The translations under genes and the position numbers were made by a program. This document shows, one piece after another, positions 37,010-50,300 of a stretch of DNA of 64,000 bases (the stretch's first letter is position 1; every line of letters starts with the position of its first letter). The notes under the pieces are model-generated. The model worked only from the letters and a program-made list of their open reading frames with translations. It searched no databases and was not told where the DNA came from. The stretch is from a virus. The stretch lies in IMG/VR virus record IMGVR_UViG_3300027763_000029; one strand, written 5' to 3'.

Positions 37010-37339
37010 ATGAAAGTTTTATACAGAGCTAACGATAAATTATCTTTTGAACTAGAGGCTTCTGGACAAAAGGAAGTATTTAAGGAACTAGCATTAATCC
37101 AAGAAATTTTCTCTGAGGAGAAGTGCGGGGTTTGTGGTTGTACTAATATCAAGTTTGTTGTTAGAAATGTTGACGCTAATGATTATTATGAATTAAGATG
37201 TACTGATTCCAAGTGCGGCGCAACACTATCCTTTGGTCAGCACAAAAAGGGTGGAACATTATTTCCAAAGCGTAAGGATGATGAAAATACCTATCTTCCT
37301 AATAAGGGATGGCATAAGTATTCGAAGAAAGATAATTAA
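37010..37339 (+). CDS. Zn-ribbon hypothetical protein
   Basis: CGVCG...CTDSKC. Confidence 0.65.
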   Translation: MKVLYRANDKLSFELEASGQKEVFKELALIQEIFSEEKCGVCGCTNIKFVVRNVDANDYYELRCTDSKCGATLSFGQHKKGGTLFPKRKDDENTYLPNKGWHKYSKKDN

Positions 37340-37399
37340 GATCTTTATATACAGTTCTTAGAGCTAACACATCTTGGTCATAATGTCCACCATATACTT

Positions 37400-40300
37400 C
37401 TATCTCCAGTACGGCTGCTGATTCTGGAATGATGGGCAGGATAAAATGTACTTCCAATTGGTGCCAAAACCCCCTCCATTTACATTTACTTTTACTTCGT
37501 CTATGCCAGAAGGCTTAAGAAAAGTATAGTATGCTATATTGCTGACATATTGAGAATTAAACTGTTCTGATCCGTTATACTCTATAGTGAATTTGTCTGG
37601 TTTAGTAGAAGCATCCCATGAAAGTGTCATCCATCCAGAATCTGCGGGTACTGGGTAGGTATGTGTAATTAATCCACTACCAATAATAGATTGGACATTA
37701 CCACAAGGAACTATGCCAGATTGTATATTTGGTCTAGTATCTATATAATACTCATATGGTATCCACTCCCACGCCTCCAGAGTATCCATATATCTAGTAT
37801 TTTTATGTTCTATACCATCTATACTACCAAAAAATCCTCTGTATAGCATCTCGTTTTGCAATACCATAAAATCACTAGGTATAACGTATTTTCCTGCTGG
37901 ATCTATACATTGCCAGCAAACAAAATTATTAGCCAACTGACCGACGGAACTATAAGTTGAGCCTGGAGGTTTTACCAGATTTCCTTTTTTATCAAAAGTA
38001 TACTTAGTATATCTTTCAGAATCGATACTCTTAATTTTTCTAGGCATGTTTCTAAATTTAATTTTCAGATTATTCGTTAAGTTTAAAACGTCCTTAATTT
38101 TTTTATTACCGATAGATTTTTCTCTACTACCTAAAGGTCTTATATACTCTTCTCTCATTTGAATAACATTATCTTTAACATTATCTCCCAAAGAAATAAT
38201 TAGTTTTTTACTAGCTCCTGTTTTAAGATTCAAATCTCCATAAACAAGATTCTCTGACTTATCCCATAAAAGAGCAGGGGAATTAGACCATATAATATTA
38301 GGATATAGTGTTTTATACTCAGCAATTTTCTCAGCAATTTTTGCGTCTGATGTTGTATAAGTTACTGTACTCCCAACTCTTTCAAAATTCTCATCTATAC
38401 CATTAGTTATGTTAGCATTAATTGGAGGTAATATCTGTGAATCATCACCAACTACATTACCAACTATTGATCCTATCTCATATGAAGTTTTATATGGTAT
38501 TTTTATAGATATCTCTTCGGCTAATCTACAAGGCTTTTCTGGATCAATATGAATCCAATATAAGTCTCTATTCTCTTTATATGAGACTGTAATAGTATTA
38601 GCTTCTGGTGGTAGATTTGGTCCAGTATTTACAACTATACTTCCAGATATGTAAGGCATAATCTCATCAGATGTTGTGCATAAAGATAGCGCCATCTGTA
38701 GATTAGTTTTTTCTCTTGTAAGATTGACGAGAGTTTGTTTTGCTTCCATCTTTAAACAAATACCCGTATCATATGTTTGTTTATTTAGACAGGAAGCTGG
38801 GTCATTAGATAGATTATTATAATACTTTAAACTGGAAGGAATTATACCAGTACAAAGCAGATCTAACCTATTACGTATGGTATCTTTATCTGTAGGGCTA
38901 AAATTTATTATACTGTTTCTAGTATAATCATTTTCTATATAGATTTCCCCGGAAAATGGAATGCCCGTAAACTGAATAGACTTAATACATACCATGACAG
39001 GCTCAGATTTATCGGCAAAAGACGTTGATCTTAAATTTTTAATCAACTGATTTTCTATCTTATCTTTACTAAAAACATCATCAGTACTTTCAAAAATATA
39101 ACGCAAGTCATTTTTTGTGTAAGACCAACCCCTTAATTGATCCTTATTAGGATCATTGGGATCCTCAGTAAAATCAAAAGGATAGACTGTTCCTATGTTA
39201 TCAATAATATCTATGTGATTAAATTTTAACCTATCATTAATTTGATTGTTAAAAATATCTTTTGTATTTTGTATTTTACTATAATCTGGACTTACTGTAT
39301 AGAGTTTATCTTGTATTAGAAGATCTGTTCCCCATCCTATGCTACCTTCACTATATGTAGTAATGTGAGATTCTGGATTGATTGGACCAAAAGATTCTGT
39401 TAAACTATTACTAAAAGCCCAGCTATTAATAGGGAATTTTTCTGATGACCTTGTAGTAGTATCGTCTCTATATAAGAATAAGGTATCAGCGACACCACTT
39501 GGCTTAGTAATATATCCATTTGTTCCTACTCCAGCGCTAAGTACAAATAGGGTTTTATATCCATTAACAGTAGATATAATATGCTTACTTTTGATATAGA
39601 CACTATTATCGTCTATGGTAGATACTTTTATATATTGAGAGACATCAAAAAAGTCAAATGCTCTCGTTCCATCTACTAAAATTTCTTTTTTATCATTAGT
39701 ATCAGATACTATATCTTGTTCAGACCATGAGGGATCATAATTATTCTGTAAGAATATTGGATTTATTGAGATAGGTATTTTATCCCAAGCCGTTTCTTTA
39801 ACAACGTAATATCCGTTTTGTGTAGGTTCTGTTTGATTTTTAACATACACTATATCGTTCTTATAGAAAGGAGCCATATCAGATAGTATAATGCCAGTAC
39901 CAGATAATTGTTCTATATTAAATGTTGTAGATTGAATAACTGATGATAGTTTCAGATCATTATAAGTATTTATTATAGTATAATTAAAATGTGATAATTG
40001 AGGTATATTTTTTTCTGCTAATTTAATAAATTTGTATTTATTTTTTGATAAAGGTGGAGTATTTATATATCTAAATATTGGTGTCTCAAAATAATACCAT
40101 TCAGCACCATTATTACTAGCACACACTATAGCTGTGTTAGCATCACCAAAAGATAGATTAGAGTATATTGGCTTATAATACTGAGCATCACTGGCTATAG
40201 TTTGATTAAAGAACCTAACATCAGTAAAATAATTAATAATAGGATCAGCGCGACCACCATTAGACATAAAAGAACTTACCATAGCCAATGCTTGAAGACC

Positions 40301-43300
40301 ACCAACTACGCCCGCAAGACCTAGTGACATTGCGGATAGTCCGATCATAGCGTATGGTAAAAGAGAAGGAAATGTTGGTATCTGACTAGATATTCCTCGA
40401 TACATATCCGGATCACAATTAAAACAAGTATTTATATTTGCAAAATATGGATAAGGAGCATTTATATTAACACTAGGTATCAAGTAATTTTTATTAGTAA
40501 AATCTCCAATAAAATTAACGCCACTGGAAGGATTATATGGATTTACAGGAGAAAATGCAGAATAATCTATATATCCTAAAATATCTTTAGCTATAGGTTG
40601 ATGTATATCGTCAGTATGAACAATGATCTCCCAACTACATAAACTATCAGATACAGAAGATGAATAATGCTTATTCTCTGTAGAAGATAATCCTGCTACG
40701 CTATCATTGATTAATAGGTTATCTAAAATAGTATTAGTATAGTCTATTGGATCAATAAAAGAAAAATTTATTGTAAATTCAGTACCAGTTAATGGTATGT
40801 TATAAAATTTAAGAAATGAATTTCCGGCAGTATTTATATTGTTAGTTTTAATTATACTACTATAAATTTGAGAATCTATATCATTATATCCGGTAGCAAC
40901 AACTGTCGGTTGTATGATTCCATAATTATTTAATTGTTCTTTTAGTGGAGATTTGATATAGTTATTATCTATACTTTTTGATGTACTAATATACTTATCA
41001 GCATGATCAGAGAACTTAAAACTAAAATTTGTATTATAGTTAGATATATTTTCTTGATTCAGTAAGTATAATCTTGCAGTACCATTGGAAGGTATGGCAT
41101 TACCCGTATTCATATTTCCTAATGCTGATAAATACATATTCGCTTGACTATTATTTGTGAATCCATTAAAATTTGATTTGATAAAAAACTTATTGTCATT
41201 TGGTAATGAGTCCCTTGAAAACCTGGGGTTTTTAACATCTAACCATACAACCAAGTTTTTAGGATTAACATAGTTCAAAAAATTCAATTTGACTTCTAAA
41301 TCTTTGATAACTAAGTGTGAAATACCTGTTGTGGGTATTCCATAAGTAATAGAAGATCTCAAACAGCCATCAGATATCAGATTATTTCTACTTTCATCTT
41401 GGATCGGAATATTTGGGCTACTATTTAAATTATCATAATCAAGATTATTCCACTTGATAGAATCAAAGCCATATTTATTCCCTATTGCGATATCGGATGT
41501 TAACAGATTTTCATTTATTATTATTGTAGATTGATGTACTAAATTTTGTCCATCCATTGATGGTTTTAAATACATCAGTCCTGGTCCACTGAAAGCAAAT
41601 GATTTCTGTCTATCAAGATTATTAGATATTACACACGATTGATTTAAATAGCCAAAGCTACCATTATCTTTTATCCATCCAGAGCTGGGGTGGAAATGCC
41701 CTCGTCTAAAATCAACATAATGTCCATCTCCTGTTGGTAAAACTTCTTTAAGATGACAATACTTTCCTGTCCCAGGAATTAAATAAAAATTGTTTCTAGA
41801 TAAAAGTATTGGCATTTCTAAAGATTCTGGCTGAGGATGTCCAGATATTTTAATACCAAGATTATCTACTACCTTAGTATCGTATCCGCCATAGGGTAAG
41901 ATTTGTGGAGATAAAGTTGTGGAGATCAGTGGGGTAGTGTACGATACTTTACTATTGGTTCTTCCATTTGTAGAAATAGAATCATGATAATAGAATGTTG
42001 TTGTATCTCGATATTTTCTAACATAACTAGAAGCTCCCAACTCAACATTGTCCGCCAACCTAATTTTTTTATCTGCTACTACTTGTTCTTTAAAAAATGA
42101 TTTACATTGAGAATACTTATTATCTCTATCTCTCATATTCTCTATCTGTATGCTCAATAATAATATTTTAGTATTATTTGGATAAAAAGATAGTTTTAAA
42201 TTTGCATCTTGATTCATCAATGTTACTTCTTGACCATCTATATTAAAATCTAATTGAACATCTCTAAGTTTTGTAACATTTAACCGATCAAAATTTACTT
42301 CGTTAGTTTCTCCATCATCATAATAGTTATCAGAATCTACTATCCATAAAAGACCTCTTTTATTAAAAGCTACCTGTTTAAAAACCCCATTTATTATCTT
42401 ATTATTAACAGAAGGTGCTGGTGGGGTTATTGAAGAATTTAGTGGTTCAGTATCTGATGTGGTGATCTTTAATATGTCAGATTGTGAAACTCCTCCAGTT
42501 GTTGTTCTTGTTGCTTTAATTTCATAAGTTCCAGTAGAAAAAATATGGATGTCTGGGGTAGGATCTGATGATGTAGGATATGCTGTTACTTGATAGGCTT
42601 TTATCCCGGCTTTATTTATGTCTTTAAATTTCAAACAATTGGGTCCACTTATTTTTTCCCATAGATATGAATAATCCTCACTTCCTGGACTTGGATTAAC
42701 ATCATATCCTTTGATTACAGACTGATTACTAAAGTTAGAAATTCTTATTCCACTACCCAAATAGAATGTGTCAGCTATTGGTGCTCGTAGAGATATATCA
42801 GCTAATGGAATATACCCAGTAGTTGCAAAATTATTTGCTCTAATATTTATAACTGATCCTGATGTAGTAATATCTGTTAAATATTTTATATTACCAATTT
42901 CTATGGAACTATTATTATATATTGAACTAGTTGCCGGTATATTTTTATCATACATTCCAATCGAAGACAAAGATAAAAAAGCATGAGGTCCATTACTTAT
43001 TGGTTTTTTCAAGCTTAAACCAATATCACTCACTATGGAAAGATATGGAGGATATTTACCTAATAGTTTTTTAACCAAATCTAATTTTGATTGTATATAA
43101 TTATTTCTATTATGTCTTTTATATATATGATATGATATTTTTTTGTATTTATTGAATATGATATTTAGTATTTTTTTGAGTTCTTTTATATCTGTATTAT
43201 CGCCAGTATCAGTAATATCTAGATTGATATACGTTGTTACCGCATTATAGATTTCATCATCATTTAAAATATTTATTGTAGTTCTATCTATGATAGGAGA

Positions 43301-44323
43301 ACTACTAAGGAAATAGCATAATTTTTGTAATGCTAAACTTTGTTTCTTATTATAAGAATACGCTGATCCACGAAGTCTGCGTAATGTTAGTGTATGATAT
43401 ATTTCTCTATATACTGGATATAATGAAGGAGATAGGTATGTGTTAGAATTTTCTAAATTAGTTTTACTCCTTATGGAAGCTATTTCAGTTTCATAATATG
43501 AAAAACATTCACCATCTGGAATCCATAAATCATAAAAAGATGGAGGGGTATTGCTATTTTCTGGTATATATTTTATTCCTTTAGTTAGTACATAATAATG
43601 AGAACCACTAGGTTGACTTCCAATATTTATTGTCTGTATTTCACTGTTAAAGCTAACATTCAAACCAGTAGAATATGGATCATTACTATTTTGTATTAGT
43701 GCAGATTTTTTATTCAATAAACTAATAGTTTTATCATTGATTTTAACCCCATAATCACCACTGCTTAAATTCATTCCTTTGTATGTATATGTTCCTGTCC
43801 AGGATATTATAGTACTGATTGGTATGTCTTGATAGTCTAGAGTACCTCTACTACTATATGGAGCACTATTTTTTTTATACCAAAATAATAAACCATATTC
43901 TGGTTTAATAGTTGTACTCATAGTCGATACGAACCAATTAGAGCTCATATCTATACTTTTGAATCCTGTACCTGATGGAGAAGGTAGTTCTGTATTCCAG
44001 TTTTTAAATTTTGATTCAAAGCTTACAGCATTTTCTACCCCTAAAATATTATTGTGTATTTGCTGTTTACCAAAAAATGGCTTATTAGCTAAGAATTTTT
44101 CACCAGTTATAAGTACTGGAGTCCAAACTTCAGGATCGACACTATTATCTATAAGTCCAGTAATCGCTTCCATTCTCACGGATACTGGTTTCACTCCAGT
44201 TTCCGATTCATATTTTATATAGGTATCTCCATTAATATCGTCTATTAATCTATATTGTTCTAAATCTTGAAAAAAAGAATTATTAAAAATATTGCAGTGC
44301 TTAATATTATTTATCTTGTACAT
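37400..44323 (-). CDS. Giant (2307 aa) putative virion/tail protein
   Basis: Long ORF with a PKD-like YLWEKISGP, a P-domain-like IKDLEVKLNF, and the tail-fibre motif DIVYVKNQTEPTQNGYYVV. Confidence 0.65.
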   Translation of the reverse strand: MYKINNIKHCNIFNNSFFQDLEQYRLIDDINGDTYIKYESETGVKPVSVRMEAITGLIDNSVDPEVWTPVLITGEKFLANKPFFGKQQIHNNILGVENAVSFESKFKNWNTELPSPSGTGFKSIDMSSNWFVSTMSTTIKPEYGLLFWYKKNSAPYSSRGTLDYQDIPISTIISWTGTYTYKGMNLSSGDYGVKINDKTISLLNKKSALIQNSNDPYSTGLNVSFNSEIQTINIGSQPSGSHYYVLTKGIKYIPENSNTPPSFYDLWIPDGECFSYYETEIASIRSKTNLENSNTYLSPSLYPVYREIYHTLTLRRLRGSAYSYNKKQSLALQKLCYFLSSSPIIDRTTINILNDDEIYNAVTTYINLDITDTGDNTDIKELKKILNIIFNKYKKISYHIYKRHNRNNYIQSKLDLVKKLLGKYPPYLSIVSDIGLSLKKPISNGPHAFLSLSSIGMYDKNIPATSSIYNNSSIEIGNIKYLTDITTSGSVINIRANNFATTGYIPLADISLRAPIADTFYLGSGIRISNFSNQSVIKGYDVNPSPGSEDYSYLWEKISGPNCLKFKDINKAGIKAYQVTAYPTSSDPTPDIHIFSTGTYEIKATRTTTGGVSQSDILKITTSDTEPLNSSITPPAPSVNNKIINGVFKQVAFNKRGLLWIVDSDNYYDDGETNEVNFDRLNVTKLRDVQLDFNIDGQEVTLMNQDANLKLSFYPNNTKILLLSIQIENMRDRDNKYSQCKSFFKEQVVADKKIRLADNVELGASSYVRKYRDTTTFYYHDSISTNGRTNSKVSYTTPLISTTLSPQILPYGGYDTKVVDNLGIKISGHPQPESLEMPILLSRNNFYLIPGTGKYCHLKEVLPTGDGHYVDFRRGHFHPSSGWIKDNGSFGYLNQSCVISNNLDRQKSFAFSGPGLMYLKPSMDGQNLVHQSTIIINENLLTSDIAIGNKYGFDSIKWNNLDYDNLNSSPNIPIQDESRNNLISDGCLRSSITYGIPTTGISHLVIKDLEVKLNFLNYVNPKNLVVWLDVKNPRFSRDSLPNDNKFFIKSNFNGFTNNSQANMYLSALGNMNTGNAIPSNGTARLYLLNQENISNYNTNFSFKFSDHADKYISTSKSIDNNYIKSPLKEQLNNYGIIQPTVVATGYNDIDSQIYSSIIKTNNINTAGNSFLKFYNIPLTGTEFTINFSFIDPIDYTNTILDNLLINDSVAGLSSTENKHYSSSVSDSLCSWEIIVHTDDIHQPIAKDILGYIDYSAFSPVNPYNPSSGVNFIGDFTNKNYLIPSVNINAPYPYFANINTCFNCDPDMYRGISSQIPTFPSLLPYAMIGLSAMSLGLAGVVGGLQALAMVSSFMSNGGRADPIINYFTDVRFFNQTIASDAQYYKPIYSNLSFGDANTAIVCASNNGAEWYYFETPIFRYINTPPLSKNKYKFIKLAEKNIPQLSHFNYTIINTYNDLKLSSVIQSTTFNIEQLSGTGIILSDMAPFYKNDIVYVKNQTEPTQNGYYVVKETAWDKIPISINPIFLQNNYDPSWSEQDIVSDTNDKKEILVDGTRAFDFFDVSQYIKVSTIDDNSVYIKSKHIISTVNGYKTLFVLSAGVGTNGYITKPSGVADTLFLYRDDTTTRSSEKFPINSWAFSNSLTESFGPINPESHITTYSEGSIGWGTDLLIQDKLYTVSPDYSKIQNTKDIFNNQINDRLKFNHIDIIDNIGTVYPFDFTEDPNDPNKDQLRGWSYTKNDLRYIFESTDDVFSKDKIENQLIKNLRSTSFADKSEPVMVCIKSIQFTGIPFSGEIYIENDYTRNSIINFSPTDKDTIRNRLDLLCTGIIPSSLKYYNNLSNDPASCLNKQTYDTGICLKMEAKQTLVNLTREKTNLQMALSLCTTSDEIMPYISGSIVVNTGPNLPPEANTITVSYKENRDLYWIHIDPEKPCRLAEEISIKIPYKTSYEIGSIVGNVVGDDSQILPPINANITNGIDENFERVGSTVTYTTSDAKIAEKIAEYKTLYPNIIWSNSPALLWDKSENLVYGDLNLKTGASKKLIISLGDNVKDNVIQMREEYIRPLGSREKSIGNKKIKDVLNLTNNLKIKFRNMPRKIKSIDSERYTKYTFDKKGNLVKPPGSTYSSVGQLANNFVCWQCIDPAGKYVIPSDFMVLQNEMLYRGFFGSIDGIEHKNTRYMDTLEAWEWIPYEYYIDTRPNIQSGIVPCGNVQSIIGSGLITHTYPVPADSGWMTLSWDASTKPDKFTIEYNGSEQFNSQYVSNIAYYTFLKPSGIDEVKVNVNGGGFGTNWKYILSCPSFQNQQPYWR

Positions 44324-44324
44324 A

Positions 44325-47300
44325 TTAGGAGCTTGTTGTTAATGTCCATTTTCCATTAATATATGTAAATAAGCCATTACCACCAGATGTTGATAAATTA
44401 AATGGATTTTCAAAAAGAACCAACATAGTAGGATATGCTTCACCTCTTTTCTTTCCTGGGGCATAAGACATCTCTAATGTTGCTTGGTTTGAACCCGGAG
44501 CAATAGCTCCCTTAGCAATAAATGATGGTTTACTAACAGCTTCATAAAATCCGCTATCTTTATCATATCTACACAATAGTTTTGCTCCTCTTGGAGCACT
44601 AAATCCAGCTTTATCCTTTACAAAAACCAATCTTCTCAATCCAGCAGCCAACGGTTCTGTTGAATATTCAAGATCATCTAAGAAACCTCTTGCTGGGTAT
44701 GTTTCATCCATGCCGTCGTCTCTTACTAGATCTTCTTCTAAGGTTACATAAACCATTTTATATAGTGATGCAGCATCTGAGGATTTGGTTGTCCATACCC
44801 TTCTGCTTTCATCCCATCTAAAATCTATTGGTCCAACAGGCCACAGGTCAGTACGCTCTGCCCAATTCAAGTAAAATTGTTTTAACTTTTGTTTATCTGT
44901 CCATTTTCCAGGGGTTGTTGCCGGTGGATCCTCATAAGATTTGCTCGCTGTCACTTGCCATCGTTGTGTTTTACTTACTATGGGTCCTTGAAATCCTGCA
45001 GTTTTATCATTTGGATAAGCAACAGTATCATCCATGAATCCACCAATATTTTCCATATTTGTTTCGTATATTACCTCATAAGTAATAAAATGGAAATTAT
45101 CTATCTGACTAGCACTAAAACCTCCACCAACACGACGCATCAAGTTTTTTACATAGTCTAGTTGATCTATACAAAAAGCATCCAATTCAAAATTTTTAAC
45201 CCAGTCAAGATTATTTTGAATTAGGAATTTACATTTTTCAATAATAATAATTTCTTCATCACTTAGATCTGGTGGCGTTCTTGTCGGCCGACCATTTGTA
45301 TCGAGTGGGGGCTCGGCCCAATCTACTATAGCTGTCAGAATGTTAATTGTAGTATTTGTAAATCTAAATACAAATTTAGTATCTGATATATCGTCATATT
45401 TTTTATTGACTGTTGTATTTTCTGCTTTTAATAATAATTTAAATCTTCTTGGTCTACCATATTGATCAACCTGATAAGGCTCATCTGCAGCATTAGGAAC
45501 AGGATAACCCTCAAGATCATAACCCCAACCATGCATTACTAGAGGACCTCTAAGGCCAAGAAATCTTTCGTTCATCTGATAGTCTACATTAATTCCTTCT
45601 TTTTCTTTTATTTTTTTAGCCAATAATATATCTTTGTTATAAAAATCTGGTTGAAATTGTGGTTTATTTAAAAATTTACGACTCATATAATAATCAATAT
45701 TATTATGAATATCAATATTTTTTGGTTTGACCGCGCCTCTTCCAACTATTTCTATACTGTGTCTGCATCTATCATGAAACATTCTAGGGCTATATGACGA
45801 ATATATACCTATCGATAAGTCTCCATGAATACCGCTACCATCAGGATGAATCCCACTATACAATTGAACATTAGTATTTGCTAAGTTACCATGAGGAACA
45901 ACTATCGGATTTAATGTTACCAAATTAATAGGTATAGTTACACCTACAGTAGATGTCGATGAAGTAGATGTCGATGAAGTAGATGTTATTGTTGAAGATG
46001 AGACTGAAGCACCAGCTTTTTTAATAAAATCTAAGGCAGTTATATCAGTTCCACTAGTTATGATGTATGGTGGTAAAGTTTCTATTGATTGTGTCGATGA
46101 TGATGTTGTTTGAGTACTTTTAAGCATCTCAACAGGATTTTCACTACCTCTACAGCACTTGTCACAATAAATCTTTATACCAGTGAAATTAGTTGATTTT
46201 CCCTCTTTGGTTTTAAAAACATAGTCAGCAAGTATTTTTTTTGTACCTTTACAAAATGGACAGGTATAAGTATCATACAACGTATAACTATAGGTACTAT
46301 TTTTAAATGTTGGATAAAAAGATACTGGAGAAAAAATACCATCAATACTCATCATAGATTGCAATCCATGATCTTTTTTTATCTGAGCATCAACTTCTTT
46401 TAATTGGTATAATCCAACACTTGTTTTATATCTGATAGTAGAACCTAAAGCAACAGAAGATAGCATATCAGTTAAATATCCACTATTCATAACTCCACTA
46501 TAAGTTCCTGGATCTTTTCCTGGAACTAGAATAAATCCCGAAGGCTTAGACGAATGATCAGTATTTAATCCTGTTACTTGACTATACAATCCATTCGGTT
46601 CGAGATATGGTGTTTCTCTGTCCGGACATCTTATATAGGGGTTAGCCTGACCAATCAATACTGTGCTTGGACTCCATCCAAAAAGTTTACTACTTAAATC
46701 CTTACCACTAAAAGAAGCACCCTCTATACGTTTTTCCTGTAAAAATTTATTTTGAACATTTAATATATTAGTTGCTTGCTGTTGTATACCTGCAATTTTC
46801 TTATTCCTCTTAAATCCATCCGTACCTAATTTTTTTAGTCTATCATTAGCCTGTTTATTAAATAACCCTAATTTTTGTGTATAGGTTCTAAAATGATAGG
46901 TAGTTGTAATTCCTCCTTGACCAATTGACGTTTGTATATTTGTTATTATTGGACCATCAGTATATACAGATATTCCAGTGACAACAAATACTTTATAGTC
47001 TAAATTTTTGGTTGTAATTGTTGGAACTTGTGGTATAATAGCCCCGCTATTAATTGGTAATGTCTGTAAAATTCTAGCAAAAGAATCATTGTCTTTATAA
47101 TCTATATATGAAATAGATAATTCTCCAGTCATTGGAAATATAGGATCCAACATACCGGTTACAAAAGCCCCTCCCAAACTAAATAGTGGCAATTTAGGAA
47201 TATCTATTTGTGCGGTTTCAATTACTGATTGATAATTAAGCTTTTTTTCTATCTCATTATGAGCAGCGCTATCCAAAAATGTCATCCCTCCATAATTCCA

Positions 47301-50300
47301 AGGCACAAAATCCTCTATTATCTCAACATTGGTCGGTAGCATCCAATTATCAACAGCTTTTCTTGCTTGACTCTCATCAAATGTAACCCCTGTTATAGTA
47401 CAAGATGGAGGTATGGAACTACTTGTTGTAATATTATTGCCACTTACAAATATCCTCTCTCTTTGTCTAAATGGATAGTTTGTCCATGGACCATAACTAA
47501 ACTGATTAGATTTTATTGGTATTCCAACAAAAAATGGATGGGCTACTTTTGGGGCAATTTCTACAAAATTTGCTGACTGATTAGCTGATGCAGCATAATT
47601 ACCTATCATAAAAGACTGTGTACCAGCTATCGGACTAGTATAGAATAGCATAAATCTTATCCATTCATTGTCCCAGTTGTTTGGGTCTACAGAATGCAAA
47701 TAAATAGATAGATCTTCTACAGCAATATTTGATAATACTGTTCTATTAGGATCTTTGGAATATTCATTACTAGAAAATCCAAGAGCTAAACCCGGAGCAT
47801 CTACTAAAATTCTTGGACCATATAATTTTGACGGTTCTAGATATATAAATTTTTCTTCCAAGCTTGTTGTAGCATATAGTTTTTTCATTGGTATTGGACT
47901 ACCGTCCGCAGCCAATAAGCCTGAACCAAATGGGTCTTTTGCTGTTGTCTTACTAAAATTATAATTTAATGGATTAAATGGCGTTCTAGTATTTCCAGTA
48001 ATTTTCCATTGATTATATATTCTTGGTAAACTGGTTAAGTCTGTTACTCCTTCAACATCGACAGTAACATAATCAGTAGTTCCTAGAGAGGATATGTCAA
48101 CTGAAGGAACTAAAAATTTATTAAGACTACAAGACCCATCTCTAACTCTCATCATGTATTCATAATTATCAAAACTCCAAAATGGATCATTTTTAGCATA
48201 CTTGTAATCATTTACTTGAGCAATAGTCATTCTACATATATTGTGTCTTATATAGTCAAAACTTTCGCTGATATTATATCCGACTAAAGGCTTAATTTTA
48301 CCCACATCATCGGTAATATTATACCAATATTTTGATCCAACAGCAATTGTATCATCAATTATATTTCCATATTCTTCCCAAGCTCCATCGTTAGTGGGTT
48401 CATAATTATAGTGCAGCTCTCCACCACCACCAAAGACATATGCATCGCCAACCTGAGTAGATAATACTATATCGGCAAATTGATCATCTCTGTATGATCT
48501 CAGGGACGGAGCATGTACCATATATTTTTTTCCATAATATTTATTAGCTATTTCACTAATAAAATTATGAATAATCTGTAAATCTTTTAAGGCTTCTGGA
48601 TCAATAGTTGCAGATCCATCGCCCTTATCTCCAGCCATTTCTACTGTTTGCCCAAAAGGACCAGCAATATTGCTATTGGTTAATTTCCAATACCAATCAG
48701 TAGCTTCCTGAGCCATTTCCAAAGCTGTAGCGGCATCAACATGCAAGTCTGCAATATATTCATTATATATCTTATTTTGAAATGCTATTCTGACCATTTC
48801 GATAAGATCATTTTTATAGGTTTTAGATAATGAATATACTAAAAAGTTTTCAAAACCGGCAATAGCGGCTCGCATTTCATTTTCTGTTAATGTAAAATAT
48901 TTTTGTGCTCTAGAGGAGTAAAATCCTTCCAGATCAACAGAAGTTGTTGGTAGCTCGAATAGTCCTAAAAGAAGAACCAACTGTCCAGTCCAAGTATCAA
49001 AAAATACTGGTCTTATTCTTCTAAAATCATTATTATTATTCGTACCTATATCAACATTTATTTCGCTTTCCATAGCAAAACCAAAAAATGGAGATATAAC
49101 ATCCATATAAATAGGGAAAAATCTTTCATTAGGATTAGTTCCAAATGGACCCGCAGCCCCAACAGGAAAATTAGCATTGGCTGTCATTGGGTCCAAGCCG
49201 CTTTGTTTAACAATATTAGAAGCCCCATAATTCCCTTGTAGTGGACTAAATTGATTGCTTGCTAAATTTTTTGAATCTGACCATTTGTTATCTAGAGTAT
49301 TAAATGTTCCACTTATTGTAGTAATTTTATTTTGAATTTTATTTTGATATTCATAGAATCCACTATAAGCAGGATTAATTATAGCAGATAAGTCAATGTT
49401 TCTTGTTGATAGAAATGATGGAAATTTAATTTTACCATGATGATACCAGTCTCTAACACCAGGACCTGGTTCTCTTGTTCTAGCATTATCGGGTTTCCAA
49501 CTACCCATTCTCATAAAATCAACGAATTGATATGTTATCGGGTTAAAAATATATGTGTTTTGAGAATAGGCTAATCTTAAACTTTTAGCTTGGTAAAGTC
49601 TTTGTTGTTTTCCTCCTAAAATCATTTGTCTGGCATGAGTTTCGTTTTTTTCTTTACCAACCTGTAAAGAGCTTATAGGATATCCTTGACATTGCAATAG
49701 TTTGATGGTATTTTCTATGCTATTTGTCTTCGGTTGAGATAGTCTGGATATGGTATGAACTTTAATAACATTATACAGGGTATTTTGATGAGAAACGGGA
49801 TAGTACGAGATATGATAGTCATACCCGGACTCTTCAGTTATCTGATTAATAAGATCCATTATGGTTATAACTGGACCAGCTATTCTATAATCATTAGGAG
49901 TTCTTGGTAATTCGGACAAATCTAATACGAACTGACAGTAATTATCTGTTATTTGAGTGCTGCCTGATCTTGCTGATCTTCCGGTATCTACATATGTTAA
50001 TGTGGGAGGTATCACCCCGAATCTAGCAAAAGTTGTCTTTATTGGCTCGTAACTATCAAACTCTTGCATTGTTTTTACTAAAATTCTTCCAAAAGGAGAA
50101 AAAGCACTTTTTGAACCAAAATCTCTATAATAATCTTGTTGGTTTCCTTGGTCCATATCAGTAAAAAAGTTTGGGCTACTATTACTTGTACTAGAAGTTA
50201 GTACAGATAAAGCATCTACAATCTTATTTGCAGATATACCTTCTTGATTAATATTTGCTCCTCCAAATCCACCTTGTCCTAATGACTCCAAAAATCCATA

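Noticed and set aside
37340-37399. Bidirectional terminator at the convergence of the two gene blocks
   Set aside because: No convincing stem-loop was found by eye.
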